Source of the DNA: Pelagimonas sp.
Lineage (GTDB): Bacteria > Pseudomonadota > Alphaproteobacteria > Rhodobacterales > Rhodobacteraceae
NCBI GenBank assembly: GCA_025210265.1
Contig: JAOASD010000032.1
Span: forward strand, 72,280-136,279
Direction: 5' to 3'
Length of the DNA stretch: 64,000 bases
Shown: piece by piece, positions 1 through 8,374 of the stretch
Layout: each line of letters opens with the position of its first letter
Position numbering within the stretch: position 1 is the first letter of the stretch
Translations under genes and position numbers: made by a program
Notes under the pieces: generated by a model
Database searches by the model: none
Told to the model about the DNA's origin: nothing
What the model saw: the letters and a program-made list of their open reading frames with translations, nothing else

Positions 1-537
1 GTCCGCAAGGGCGAGATCGGCAAGGATCTGAAAAAGGTCCGCAATGTCAAACCTCTGTGGTCGAAATATGGCCTGACCGCCAGCCTTGCGATTGGTGGCT
101 TTGACATGTGGACCAACACGCTGGGCTTTTCGCTGCTGGGCACGTTGAAACATGGCAAAACCGACGCGGCGGCGACCGGTGTTGCGTCTGCGCATAAGCC
201 GATCGACTACCCCAAACCCGATGGCAAGCTGTCCTTTGATCGCCTGACCAACGTGGCGTTCTCGTTCACCAACCACGAAGAAAGCCAGCCCGCGCATCTG
301 CGTCTGAACGACAAACATGTGCCGATCCTGACCAACTTGCCGCAATTCGATGAGCCGGCTCAGCGGTACTGCCCGGCTGGCGTTTACGAAGTCGTGGAGA
401 AGGATGGCGAAAAAGAGTTCGTGGTGAACTTCCAGAACTGCGTCCACTGTAAAACCTGCGACATCAAAGACCCCAGCCAGAACATCACCTGGACGGTGCC
501 GCAGGGCGGTGACGGGCCGAACTACCCGAATATGTAA
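1..537 (+). CDS. Electron transfer flavoprotein-ubiquinone oxidoreductase (ETF-QO), C-terminal part; 5' end outside window
   Basis: Frame 1 is open from nt 1 (VRKGEIGKDLKKV...), so the ATG at 106 is internal. The 4Fe-4S motif NCVHCKTCDIKDP and the tail WTVPQGGDGPNYPNM are typical of ETF-QO. TAA at 535-537. Confidence 0.85.
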   Translation, partial: VRKGEIGKDLKKVRNVKPLWSKYGLTASLAIGGFDMWTNTLGFSLLGTLKHGKTDAAATGVASAHKPIDYPKPDGKLSFDRLTNVAFSFTNHEESQPAHLRLNDKHVPILTNLPQFDEPAQRYCPAGVYEVVEKDGEKEFVVNFQNCVHCKTCDIKDPSQNITWTVPQGGDGPNYPNM

Positions 538-562
538 ATGCCCCACGCCTTGGTGCGGGATG

Positions 563-594
563 GCCAGAGCCTCTTTGGGGCTCTGGCTTTTTTT
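563..594 (+). terminator. Rho-independent terminator after ETF-QO
   Basis: Perfect 9-bp stem gccagagcc / ggctctggc (563-571 / 579-587) followed by a T7 run (588-594). Confidence 0.8.
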
Positions 595-702
595 GGCGGT
601 TTTCATAGGTGATCTTGCGTCAACATGTTGAAAAACGACCTGGCCTAACCCTCTGTTTACGCAAAGCGGGCATCCTCACGGTAACTTTGCCAAGAGGAAA
701 AA

Positions 703-999
703 ATGCAGCCAAGAGCAGAGAGATGGCCCAGTGCCTGGGTTGTGGAACTCAAAACAAGCTATGGCCCGGTTCCGATCCGAATCGTGAATGTCAGCGTCAC
801 AGGCATGTATTTCGTTGGGGCCGTGCCGCGCCGTGCGGGTGAAAAAGTATCGTTTGTCACGTTGGGTGACAAAATTTCCGCGCGCGTGGTGCGCCGGGAT
901 CGCAAAGGCGGGGCGCTGGCCTTTGACGAAGAACTGAACGAGGCGCAGCTGGGCAGTTTGCGTCAGATCCGCGATGCGGCGCAGGCAGGGTTGGCATAA
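703..999 (+). CDS. Single-domain PilZ-like protein (putative c-di-GMP receptor)
   Basis: 98 aa. N-x-S-x-x-G motif (NVSVTG) lies about 22 aa after an arginine pair (RAER). GAGGA SD lies upstream of the ATG. Confidence 0.6.
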   Translation: MQPRAERWPSAWVVELKTSYGPVPIRIVNVSVTGMYFVGAVPRRAGEKVSFVTLGDKISARVVRRDRKGGALAFDEELNEAQLGSLRQIRDAAQAGLA

Positions 1000-1109
1000 C
1001 GCATAAATCGCGACCGTCCTGCGGGGATGTGAACAGGGATGGCGGTGGCGTGACTTGCCTCAGCGCGCCGCAGCACCTACGCTGATTCTACATCATAGCG
1101 GGAGGAAAG

Positions 1110-2825
1110 ATGGGAATTCGGTCGATTTATGTGGGGCTGCTGGCCAGTTTTCTGACCACCGCGCCGCTTGCTGTCGCAGCAAACGGGGTTGCCGGGGATT
1201 ATCTGGCCGGGCGCCAGGCCAGTTTTCTGGGCGATTACAAAGCCGCCGCGCATTATTATGGCCGGGCGATCCTGTTTGACCCCAAAAAGCCGGAGCTTCT
1301 GGAACGCGCGGTTCTCGCCAATATCGCACTGGGCGAAGTGACCCATGCGGCGAATCTGGCGGATCGCCTGACGGATCTTGGTCTGTCCAGCCAGCTGGCG
1401 CATATGGCGCAGGTTGCGCGCGCCGCCCGTGATGAAAATTTCGAAGAGGTGATTCAGGCCATTGCCAATGATCGGGGGCTGGGCCCGCTTTCGGATGGTC
1501 TGGTCACGGCCTGGTCTCAGCTGGGCCTGGGCGATATGAGCGCGGCCCTGATCGGTTTTGATGAGGTGGGTAAGATCCAGGGGCTCGCGCCCTTTGCAAC
1601 CTATCATAAGGCGCTTGCCCTGGCATCTGTCGGGGATTTCGAAAGTGCAGAGGCCCTGTTCGCCACGGATGGCGGGACTGTCATGGGCGGCACCCGGCGC
1701 GCTGTGATGGCGCGCGCGGTGATTCTGGCCCATCTCGACCGTCAGGAAGAGGCGCTGACCCTGCTGGAAACCGCCTTTGGCAAGGATCTGGATCCAGAGC
1801 TGTCCGATCTGCGCGCTGCGCTGGGCGAGGATACCCCGCCCCCCTTTACCTTTGTACGCTCTGCCCGCGACGGCCTGTCCGAAGTGTTTTTCACGCTTGG
1901 CCGCGCCCTGGCCGCCGAATCCAGCGATGATTTCACCCTGGTTTATGCACGTTTGGCGGAATATCTGCGCCAGGATCACGTGGATGCGATCCTGCTATGT
2001 GCCGAGCTGCTGGAAGAGCTGCAGCAATATGATCTTGCGGTGGCGACCTTCGCGGATGTGCCGCAGGAGAGTTCTTCGTTCCATGCGGCCGAACTGGGCC
2101 GGGCCGAGGCGCTGCGCGCGCAGGACAAACTGGAAGATGCGGCAGAGGTGCTGCAGAACCTGTCCCGCACCCACGGGGATCTGCCGGTTGTGCATAGCTC
2201 GCTTGGGGATCTGCTGCGCCAGCTGGAGCGGTTCGAAGAGGCCGGTCAGGCCTATACCGACGCGCTCGAGCGGTTCGAGGAAATCAGCGATCGGCAGTGG
2301 TTTCTGTACTATGCCCGCGCCATCACATTTGAACGCCGCGATATGTGGGAACAGGCAGAGGCCGATTTTCGTAAGGCCTTGGAACTGAACCCGGATCAAC
2401 CCAATGTGCTGAATTATCTTGGTTATTCTCTGGTCGAGAAACAGATCAAGCTGGACGAGGCCCTGTCGATGATTGAGCGCGCTGCCGCCGCGCGTCCCAA
2501 TTCAGGCTACATCACGGACAGTCTGGGATGGGTGCTGTATCGCCTGGGGCGGTATGAGGAGGCCGTCATTCACATGGAGCGCGCAGCCGAATTGATGCCG
2601 ATTGATCCGATCATCAACGATCATCTGGGCGACGTATATTGGGCTGTCGATCGCAAGATGGAGGCCCGCTTCATGTGGAAACGCGCCCTGTCGTTTGTCG
2701 ATTGGGAAGAAGCCTCAGAAGAAGCGGATCCAGAGCGCATCCGTCGCAAGATCGACCAAGGTCTGGACCAGGTGCTGGCCGAAGAGGGCGCGCCGCCGCT
2801 GAAATCGGCCAATGCCGGTGACTGA
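1110..2825 (+). CDS. Tetratricopeptide-repeat protein with N-terminal signal peptide
   Basis: 571 aa. Hydrophobic N-terminus ...LASFLTTAPLAVAANG, multiple TPR-like A/Y/L-rich 34-aa units and a GGAGGA SD. The stop overlaps the ispE start. Confidence 0.8.
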   Translation: MGIRSIYVGLLASFLTTAPLAVAANGVAGDYLAGRQASFLGDYKAAAHYYGRAILFDPKKPELLERAVLANIALGEVTHAANLADRLTDLGLSSQLAHMAQVARAARDENFEEVIQAIANDRGLGPLSDGLVTAWSQLGLGDMSAALIGFDEVGKIQGLAPFATYHKALALASVGDFESAEALFATDGGTVMGGTRRAVMARAVILAHLDRQEEALTLLETAFGKDLDPELSDLRAALGEDTPPPFTFVRSARDGLSEVFFTLGRALAAESSDDFTLVYARLAEYLRQDHVDAILLCAELLEELQQYDLAVATFADVPQESSSFHAAELGRAEALRAQDKLEDAAEVLQNLSRTHGDLPVVHSSLGDLLRQLERFEEAGQAYTDALERFEEISDRQWFLYYARAITFERRDMWEQAEADFRKALELNPDQPNVLNYLGYSLVEKQIKLDEALSMIERAAAARPNSGYITDSLGWVLYRLGRYEEAVIHMERAAELMPIDPIINDHLGDVYWAVDRKMEARFMWKRALSFVDWEEASEEADPERIRRKIDQGLDQVLAEEGAPPLKSANAGD

Positions 2826-3624
2826 GCCGGTATTCGCCCCGGCCAAAATCAACCTGACCCTGCATGTCACCGGCCAGCGCGCCGATGGCTATCACCTGCT
2901 GGATTCGCTGGTGATGTTTGCAAATGTCGGTGACAGGCTATGGGTGCGCCCTGCACAGCATATGCATCTGCGGGTGACGGGGCCTTTTGCGCATGGGGTG
3001 CCCACGGATCGGCGCAACCTGTGCTGGCGCGCGGCAGAGCTGTTTGGCGAAGCGGTTGAAATCACTTTAGAAAAGAACCTGCCACATCCTGCTGGCATCG
3101 GTGGCGGCTCTTCTGACGCAGCGGCTGTGATCCGCGCGATGGAGCAGCTCTTTGATCGTGCGCTGCCTGGCGACGCCCTGACTTTGGGGGCGGATGTGCC
3201 GGTTTGCCTGACACCACGCGCCGCACGGATGCAGGGCATCGGCGAGGCTGTGTCCCCTGTCGAGATGCCGAACCTGCAGGCGATCCTGATCAATCCAGGC
3301 GTGGATCTGCCCACCGGTGCCGTGTTTGGCCGACTGCACAGCAAAGACAATCCGGCGATGTCCGCGCTGCCAGACCCCGCAACCCTCTGGAACTGGCTTG
3401 CTGATCAACGCAACGACCTGGAGCCCCCGGCACAGGCCGTCCAACCGGTGATCAAACAGGTGCTCGCGGCGCTGGAAACCAGCAGTGCGCGCCTGTCGCG
3501 TATGTCAGGCTCTGGGGCGACCTGCTTTGGCCTGTATGACGCGGATGCGGATACCGCAGAAATCGCCAGCCAATTGCAGGAAAAACACCGGGGTTGGTGG
3601 ATCATGCCCACAATTCTGCGCTAA
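2812..3624 (+). CDS. ispE: 4-diphosphocytidyl-2-C-methyl-D-erythritol kinase
   Basis: N-terminus APAKINLTLHVTGQRADGYHLLDSL and GHMP-kinase motif PAGIGGGSSDAAA. 270 aa. Confidence 0.9.
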   Translation: MPVTEPVFAPAKINLTLHVTGQRADGYHLLDSLVMFANVGDRLWVRPAQHMHLRVTGPFAHGVPTDRRNLCWRAAELFGEAVEITLEKNLPHPAGIGGGSSDAAAVIRAMEQLFDRALPGDALTLGADVPVCLTPRAARMQGIGEAVSPVEMPNLQAILINPGVDLPTGAVFGRLHSKDNPAMSALPDPATLWNWLADQRNDLEPPAQAVQPVIKQVLAALETSSARLSRMSGSGATCFGLYDADADTAEIASQLQEKHRGWWIMPTILR

Positions 3625-3631
3625 CTTTGCG

Positions 3632-3725
3632 TTTCTTCTTGGTCAAAATACTCTGGGGGTGAATTGGCCATCAGGCCAAGAGGGGGCAAAGCCCCCTGTC
3701 CCCGCCCGCCGCAGGCGCCGCCCGT
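3632..3725. repeat. Extragenic 3'-end repeat, family B (core TTCTTGGTCAAAATACTCTGGGGG plus GC hairpin)
   Basis: The core at 3636-3659 matches 61147-61172 and, inverted, 30272-30300. It is followed by the hairpin agggggc-aaa-gccccct (3681-3697) and the GCCGCAGGCGC motif also seen at 35092-35106 and 35244-35256. Confidence 0.7.
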
Positions 3726-4724
3726 TTAGCTGACGCGCGCAACGACAAAATCGTTGATGTCGATCAACAGATCGCGCAGCTCGCTTTGCGGCAGGGTCTC
3801 CATGGCGGATTTTGCCTTGGCTGCCCATGTCAGCGCCTCTTGCCGTGTGGCCTCAAGCGCGCCATGGGTGTTCAGCAAGTCCAGCGCGCGTTCCAGATCG
3901 CCCTCGCGCTGATCTCCCTTTTCGATCACCCGCTTCCAGAACGCTTTTTCTTCGTCATTGGCCGAGGCATAGGCCTTGATCAGCGGCAGGGTCAGCTTGC
4001 GCTCGCGGAAATCATCCCCGACATTTTTGCCGGTCGCATCGCCGCCCCAGTAATCCAGCAGGTCATCCACAATCTGGAACGCAATGCCCAAAGCGTCGCC
4101 ATAATCGAACAGCGCCTTGACTTCATCCTCGGGGCGTCCGGCGATCACACCGCCCACTTCGGTCGCAGCAGAGAACAGCGCAGCGGTCTTCCCGCGCACC
4201 ACCTGCAGATAGATGTCTTCGGTCGTGGTCAGATCCTGCGCGGCGGTCAGCTGCAGCACCTCGCCCTCGGCAATGGTGGCGGCAGCATTGGACAGGATGC
4301 GCAGCACCTGCAGGTTTTCCGTATCAGTCATCAACTGAAAGGACCGCGCAAACAGGTAGTCGCCGACCAGCACGCTGGATTTGTTGTCCCACAGCAGGTT
4401 GGCGGTGGGGCGACCGCGCCGCTTTTCGCTTTCATCGACCACATCATCATGCAGCAGGGTCGCGGTGTGGATGAACTCCACCGTCGCGGCCAGATGGATG
4501 TGATAGGGGCCGTCATAGCCACACATCTTGGCCGCAGCCAGGGTTAGCATCGGGCGCAGGCGCTTGCCGCCTGCCTCGACCAGATGCGCTGTGACCTCGG
4601 GGATGCGCGGCGCGTGTTTGCTGGCCATCCGCTCGCGGATCAGCGTGTTCACCGACTCCAGTTCCGGTGCCAGCACTGCTGCCAGACGTTCATGCGGCTT
4701 TGTGGCTTGATCCATCACGTTCAT
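3726..4724 (-). CDS. ispB: Polyprenyl (octa/decaprenyl) diphosphate synthase
   Basis: Two DDxxD motifs (LLHDDVVDESEKRRG and FQIVDDLLD). Start trimmed to MNVMDQATKP (332 aa); the 35-aa upstream extension in the ORF track has no family support. Confidence 0.88.
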   Translation of the reverse strand: MNVMDQATKPHERLAAVLAPELESVNTLIRERMASKHAPRIPEVTAHLVEAGGKRLRPMLTLAAAKMCGYDGPYHIHLAATVEFIHTATLLHDDVVDESEKRRGRPTANLLWDNKSSVLVGDYLFARSFQLMTDTENLQVLRILSNAAATIAEGEVLQLTAAQDLTTTEDIYLQVVRGKTAALFSAATEVGGVIAGRPEDEVKALFDYGDALGIAFQIVDDLLDYWGGDATGKNVGDDFRERKLTLPLIKAYASANDEEKAFWKRVIEKGDQREGDLERALDLLNTHGALEATRQEALTWAAKAKSAMETLPQSELRDLLIDINDFVVARVS

Positions 4725-4778
4725 CACACTCCCGTGCAAGGGTCGACAAATGCCCGCCCTTGTCCTTACATCCCCATC

Positions 4779-4994
4779 ATGGAAGAGCTTCTGCGCACCA
4801 CCGACATCACCCTGATCCCGCTGGTACAAACCCTCCTGAACGCGGAGGGTATAGACAGCTTTGAGTTGGACGTAAATATGAGCGTATTAGAAGGGTCTAT
4901 TGGCATTCTGCCGCGCCGCCTGATGGTGCCCGCCGATCGGCTGGACCAGGCCCGGCGGGTTCTGCGCGAAAACGGGGTCCGTTTTGAGGGCTGA
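4779..4994 (+). CDS. Small DUF2007-like protein (putative signal-transduction fold)
   Basis: 71 aa starting MEELLRTTDITLIPLVQTLLNAEGI. Divergent from ispB, and its stop overlaps the next gene's start. The upstream part of ORF 4584..4994 is antisense to ispB. Confidence 0.6.
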   Translation: MEELLRTTDITLIPLVQTLLNAEGIDSFELDVNMSVLEGSIGILPRRLMVPADRLDQARRVLRENGVRFEG

Positions 4995-5757
4995 GCCCTT
5001 TGCCCCGCAGGATCTGCGCCGCGATGCTTTTCAGGGTGGCAAGGTCATGCTGTGGCAACCGATCACCGGCTATCGGGCCGGGGTGGACCCGGTGATTCTG
5101 GCGGCCAGTGTGGCGGCCAAGCCAGGCCAATCGGTTCTGGAGCTGGGCTGCGGGGCAGGGCCTGCGCTGGCCTGTCTGGGCGCGCGGGTGCCGGGGCTGC
5201 GGCTGGGCGGGATCGAAGTGCAGCCCGCCTATGCGGATCTGGCGCGACGCAACCTGCGGGAGAACGGGCAAGAGGCCGAGATCTGGACCGGAGACCTTGC
5301 AAACCCGCCCGCCAGCCTGCGCCAGCGCAGCTTTGACCACGTGATTGCCAACCCGCCCTATTTTGAAACCGCACGCGGTTTGCGGGCCGAGGATGCCGGG
5401 CGCGATGTAGGGCGCGCCGGGGATGTGCCGCTGGCAGATTGGGTGCAGATCGCCGCCAAACGCTGTACGCCACGGGGCTATGTCACCTTTATTCAACGTG
5501 CGGAACGCCTGCCTGAACTGCTTGGCGCGTTTCAGGCCCATCTGGGCGCGATTGAACTTTGGCCGCTGCTGCCGCGCGCGGGGCGCGGCCCGCGTCTGAT
5601 CCTGCTGAGGGGGCGCAAATCCGGCCGCGCGCCGTTCCGGTTTCATCCCGGTCTGGTCCTGCATCATGGCGCGCGCCACGAAAGCGATGCGGAGGATTAC
5701 AGTCCGCAGGTTCTTGCCGTGCTGCGCGAAGGGGCGGCGCTGCCCTTTCCGGCATGA
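4984..5757 (+). CDS. SAM-dependent N6-adenine methyltransferase (tRNA1(Val) m6A37 methyltransferase-like)
   Basis: SAM motif VLELGCGAG and catalytic NPPY (VIANPPYFE). The start is ambiguous: TTG at 4984 or ATG at 5047. Confidence 0.75.
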   Translation: MRAEPFAPQDLRRDAFQGGKVMLWQPITGYRAGVDPVILAASVAAKPGQSVLELGCGAGPALACLGARVPGLRLGGIEVQPAYADLARRNLRENGQEAEIWTGDLANPPASLRQRSFDHVIANPPYFETARGLRAEDAGRDVGRAGDVPLADWVQIAAKRCTPRGYVTFIQRAERLPELLGAFQAHLGAIELWPLLPRAGRGPRLILLRGRKSGRAPFRFHPGLVLHHGARHESDAEDYSPQVLAVLREGAALPFPA

Positions 5758-5873
5758 ATCCGCCTCTTTTGCTGCGGTTTGTCATAAATCAACGCTAAGA
5801 TGCTGCACCTGCGGCGTGACTTGTCCTGAAAGTTGTGCTGCACTGAAATTCTGATGATCATAAGGAGGATGCC

Positions 5874-6050
5874 ATGAGTTTGAGTTCGCACCTGCAGGTC
5901 CTGAAGCAGAAGCACCAATCGCTGTCTGATGCTGTTGAACAGGCGCAGGCTTCTCCGGGGATGGATGACCTGCGTGTCGCTGAACTGAAAAAGCAAAAGC
6001 TGCGTCTGAAAGAAGAGATCGCCAAGATCGAGGCGCAGCCCGTTCATTAA
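5874..6050 (+). CDS. DUF465 (YdcH-like) small coiled-coil protein; absent from the ORF track because it is under 60 aa
   Basis: ATG at 5874 is preceded by AAGGAGGA (5862-5869). 58 aa: MSLSSHLQVLKQKHQSLSDAVEQAQASPGMDDLRVAELKKQKLRLKEEIAKIEAQPVH. TAA at 6048-6050, with a terminator downstream. Confidence 0.75.
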   Translation: MSLSSHLQVLKQKHQSLSDAVEQAQASPGMDDLRVAELKKQKLRLKEEIAKIEAQPVH

Positions 6051-6096
6051 GATGTTTTAAGGCATTTCGCTGGTCCGATGGGCCAGCGGGACACCC

Positions 6097-6126
6097 GGCC
6101 TGCCCGTTTTGGGCGGGCCTTTTCTA
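6097..6126 (+). terminator. Rho-independent terminator after the DUF465 gene
   Basis: Stem ggcctgccc / gggcgggcc with one G-T pair, loop gtttt, then a TTTTC T-run. Confidence 0.65.
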
Positions 6127-6167
6127 TTTTGGCCTATCCTGTTTTGACCCCGTCTGTTCTGGCCAGC

Positions 6168-7121
6168 CTATTCAGGCATGTCGTGCTGCTGTTCCACGGG
6201 AATCAGTGTTTTTCCAACCAGCACATCGGGCAGGGCGGCGACCTCGCTTTGCAGCCAGTCCAGAAAGGCGGCGATGCGTGGGTGGGTTTCGGCCCCCTGG
6301 CGACACAGAACGCGGAATTTTGCGCGGGTGGTCAGGGCGATGTCAAACGGCGCGACCAACTGCCCCCGCGCCAGATACTGCACTGCCAGAGAGCTGCGCG
6401 ACAGCACCACGCCGCTGCCGCTCAGCGTGGCATCCAGCGCATGATCGGCCTGTGAAAACCGGGCTGCAGGCACAGGGTCGTGCTCGATGCCATTGGCGTG
6501 GAACCAGCTGTGCCAATCAACTTTGGGGCGCAGAAAATCCACAGAGTCATCCTGTAAAAGGGGGGCGGTCAGCAAACTGTCCGGGTTGGGGTATTGCGCC
6601 ACCAGATCGGGATGCATCATCGGCAGTACGGCTTCGTCGATCAGGTGGTGACTGAACAGATCGGGATCGGGGCCATAGCCGTAACGGATCGCCACATCCA
6701 CCCCGTCCCGCTCCAGATCCATCCGGCGCAGAGTGGCGGCAAAGCGCAGTTCAATGTCGGGATGCGCCTGTGCAAAGGCGTATAGCCGAGGGGCCAGCCA
6801 TTTCGCGGTAAAGGCCGGGCCTGCAGTGACCGACAGAACCTGCGTCTGTCCGGTTTCCCGCGCGGCGCGCCAGGCGCCATGCAACCGGTCAAACCCATCG
6901 CTGCATCCGGGGGCCAGCGCCGCGCCTGCGTCGGTCAGGCTGACGGCGCGGTGTTGGCGTAGAAACAGGGGCTGGCCCAGATGGTCCTCTAGATTGCGGA
7001 TCTGCAGCGACAGCGCCGCAGGGGTGACATTCAACTCTTGCGCGGCGCGGGCAAAGGACAGATGCCGGGCGGCTGCCTCAAAGGCGCGCAGGGCATTCAG
7101 CGGGGGCAGGCGATCGGTCAT
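6168..7121 (-). CDS. LysR-family transcriptional regulator (GcvA/AmpR-like)
   Basis: N-terminal wHTH LNALRAFEAAARHLSFARAAQELNVTPAALSLQIRNLEDHLGQPLFLR. 317 aa. Confidence 0.9.
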   Translation of the reverse strand: MTDRLPPLNALRAFEAAARHLSFARAAQELNVTPAALSLQIRNLEDHLGQPLFLRQHRAVSLTDAGAALAPGCSDGFDRLHGAWRAARETGQTQVLSVTAGPAFTAKWLAPRLYAFAQAHPDIELRFAATLRRMDLERDGVDVAIRYGYGPDPDLFSHHLIDEAVLPMMHPDLVAQYPNPDSLLTAPLLQDDSVDFLRPKVDWHSWFHANGIEHDPVPAARFSQADHALDATLSGSGVVLSRSSLAVQYLARGQLVAPFDIALTTRAKFRVLCRQGAETHPRIAAFLDWLQSEVAALPDVLVGKTLIPVEQQHDMPE

Positions 7122-7192
7122 GGGTTAGAAAACCTAAAGTGATGTGCAGAAAGTCTCGTTTGTGATTAGGCCTTATTGGCTCCATTTTCACA

Positions 7193-7211
7193 ATCAGAAA
7201 GAAATTCTGAT
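7193..7211. promoter_or_regulatory. Inverted repeat ATCAGAA-N5-TTCTGAT; candidate LysR operator
   Basis: Perfect 7-bp arms lie 72 bp upstream of the LysR start, in the divergent region. Confidence 0.35.
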
Positions 7212-7430
7212 GAAAGGAGACGTCATGTTCGCATCTGTTCCCGATCAACGCCACCGGGACGCCATTCGCGCGGCCCATGTCGCACGCGGGCGTCTTGTGG
7301 CTGCGCTTTGGCAGCGTTTGGTCTCGCGCGGAGAGTGACCGCAGAAGGGGCCGCCCTTCCGACGGTCTGCGCGTGGTCAGGCGTCCCCGAACCGAATTGG
7401 CTGCGGGGGCGTCTGGTTTTGGGATTCCAA

Positions 7431-7464
7431 AACGTAAAAGGCCCGCCAAAGAGGCGGGCCTTTC
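7431..7464 (-). terminator. Terminator downstream of phaB
   Basis: Stem ggcccgcc / ggcgggcc (7440-7447 / 7453-7460). On the minus strand it is followed by TTTTACGTT. Confidence 0.7.
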
Positions 7465-7495
7465 GTATGTCTGTCAGGTGCTCTGTCAGGTGCAA

Positions 7496-8221
7496 TCAGA
7501 CAAAGAACTGCGCACCGTTGGCCGAGATGGTCGACCCATTGATAAAGCCCGCATCGTCGGAGGCCAGGAAAGCCACGCAACGTGCGATTTCTTCGGGCTC
7601 GCCCAGACGGCCAGCGGGGATCTGCGGGATGATCTTGGCGTTCAGAACTTCCTCGGGGATCGCGCGGACCATTTCGGTGCCGATATAGCCGGGGCAGACC
7701 GCGTTGGCGGTGATGCCTTTGGCGGCACCTTCCTGCGCCAGCGACTTCACGATGCCCAGATCACCGGCTTTGGTCGCGGCATAGTTCACCTGACCGGCCT
7801 GACCTTTCTGACCATTGATCGAGCTGATCACGATAACGCGGCCAAAGCCACGTTCGCGCATTCCCGGCCAGACCGGGCGCACGGTGTTGAACACGCCGGT
7901 CAGGTTGGTGTCGATGACCTTCTGCCACTGCTCGGGCTTCATCTTGTGAAAGAAACCGTCCCAGGTGATGCCGGCATTGGCGACAACCACGTCAACCGGG
8001 CCAAGGTCTGCTTCGACCTGGGCGATGCCTGCGGCGCTGGCCTCATAGTCGGCCACGTCCCATTTGTAGGTCTTGATGCCGGTTGCTTCGGTAAAGGCGG
8101 CTGCCTTTTCGTCATTGCCGGCATAGGTGGCTGCGACCTGATAGCCTTCGGCTTTCAGAGCTTTGGAAATGGCTTCACCGATACCGCGGCTTCCGCCGGT
8201 AACCAATGCGACTCGTGCCAT
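7496..8221 (-). CDS. phaB: Acetoacetyl-CoA reductase (SDR family)
   Basis: 241 aa. MARVALVTGGSRGIG cofactor motif and typical PhaB sequence, GGAGGA SD, adjacent to the thiolase gene. Confidence 0.92.
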   Translation of the reverse strand: MARVALVTGGSRGIGEAISKALKAEGYQVAATYAGNDEKAAAFTEATGIKTYKWDVADYEASAAGIAQVEADLGPVDVVVANAGITWDGFFHKMKPEQWQKVIDTNLTGVFNTVRPVWPGMRERGFGRVIVISSINGQKGQAGQVNYAATKAGDLGIVKSLAQEGAAKGITANAVCPGYIGTEMVRAIPEEVLNAKIIPQIPAGRLGEPEEIARCVAFLASDDAGFINGSTISANGAQFFV

Positions 8222-8280
8222 GATGTCCTCCAGAATGAATGGCTTGTCTTGGTAACGTTGTTATCTACTGGCAATCATAA

Positions 8281-8297
8281 GCGCAATATTATTGCGC
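8281..8297. promoter_or_regulatory. 17-bp perfect palindrome GCGCAATA-T-TATTGCGC upstream of phaB
   Basis: Seen directly. It lies 60 bp upstream of the phaB start and downstream of the phaA terminator. Confidence 0.35.
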
Positions 8298-8324
8298 AAA
8301 GAAATTCCGCACTGCGGCGAAATG

Positions 8325-8353
8325 ACAAAAAAAGAGGCGCCCGAGGGCGCCTC
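8325..8353 (-). terminator. Terminator downstream of phaA
   Basis: Stem gaggcgcc / ggcgcctc with loop cgag. On the minus strand it is followed by a T7 run. Confidence 0.8.
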
Positions 8354-8374
8354 AATATGGTGCGATGCCGGGGA

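Noticed and set aside
1077-1979. 300-aa minus-strand ORF; other antisense ORFs include 10942-11796, 14036-15034, 35766-36581, 44885-45691, 45210-46322 and 56289-57191
   Set aside because: All lie opposite genes with strong family evidence (TPR protein, rpsD, LacI, HAD, desaturase, DMT, LysR). Their products are Arg/Gly/Pro/His-rich with no motifs.
3726-4829. 5'-extended ORF-track starts for ispB (also phaA 9676, smpB 17950, amidase 28578, pcaD 34892, alpha/beta hydrolase 36485, truB 38465, AKR 42494, DMT 45795, fadH 46857, RTX 22388 and 56142, LysR 56244, CinA 60407, sfsA 60121, ppaC 62148)
   Set aside because: The extensions lack family-conserved sequence and often overlap the neighbouring gene. 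The downstream ATG/GTG is preceded by an SD and matches the usual N-terminus of the family.
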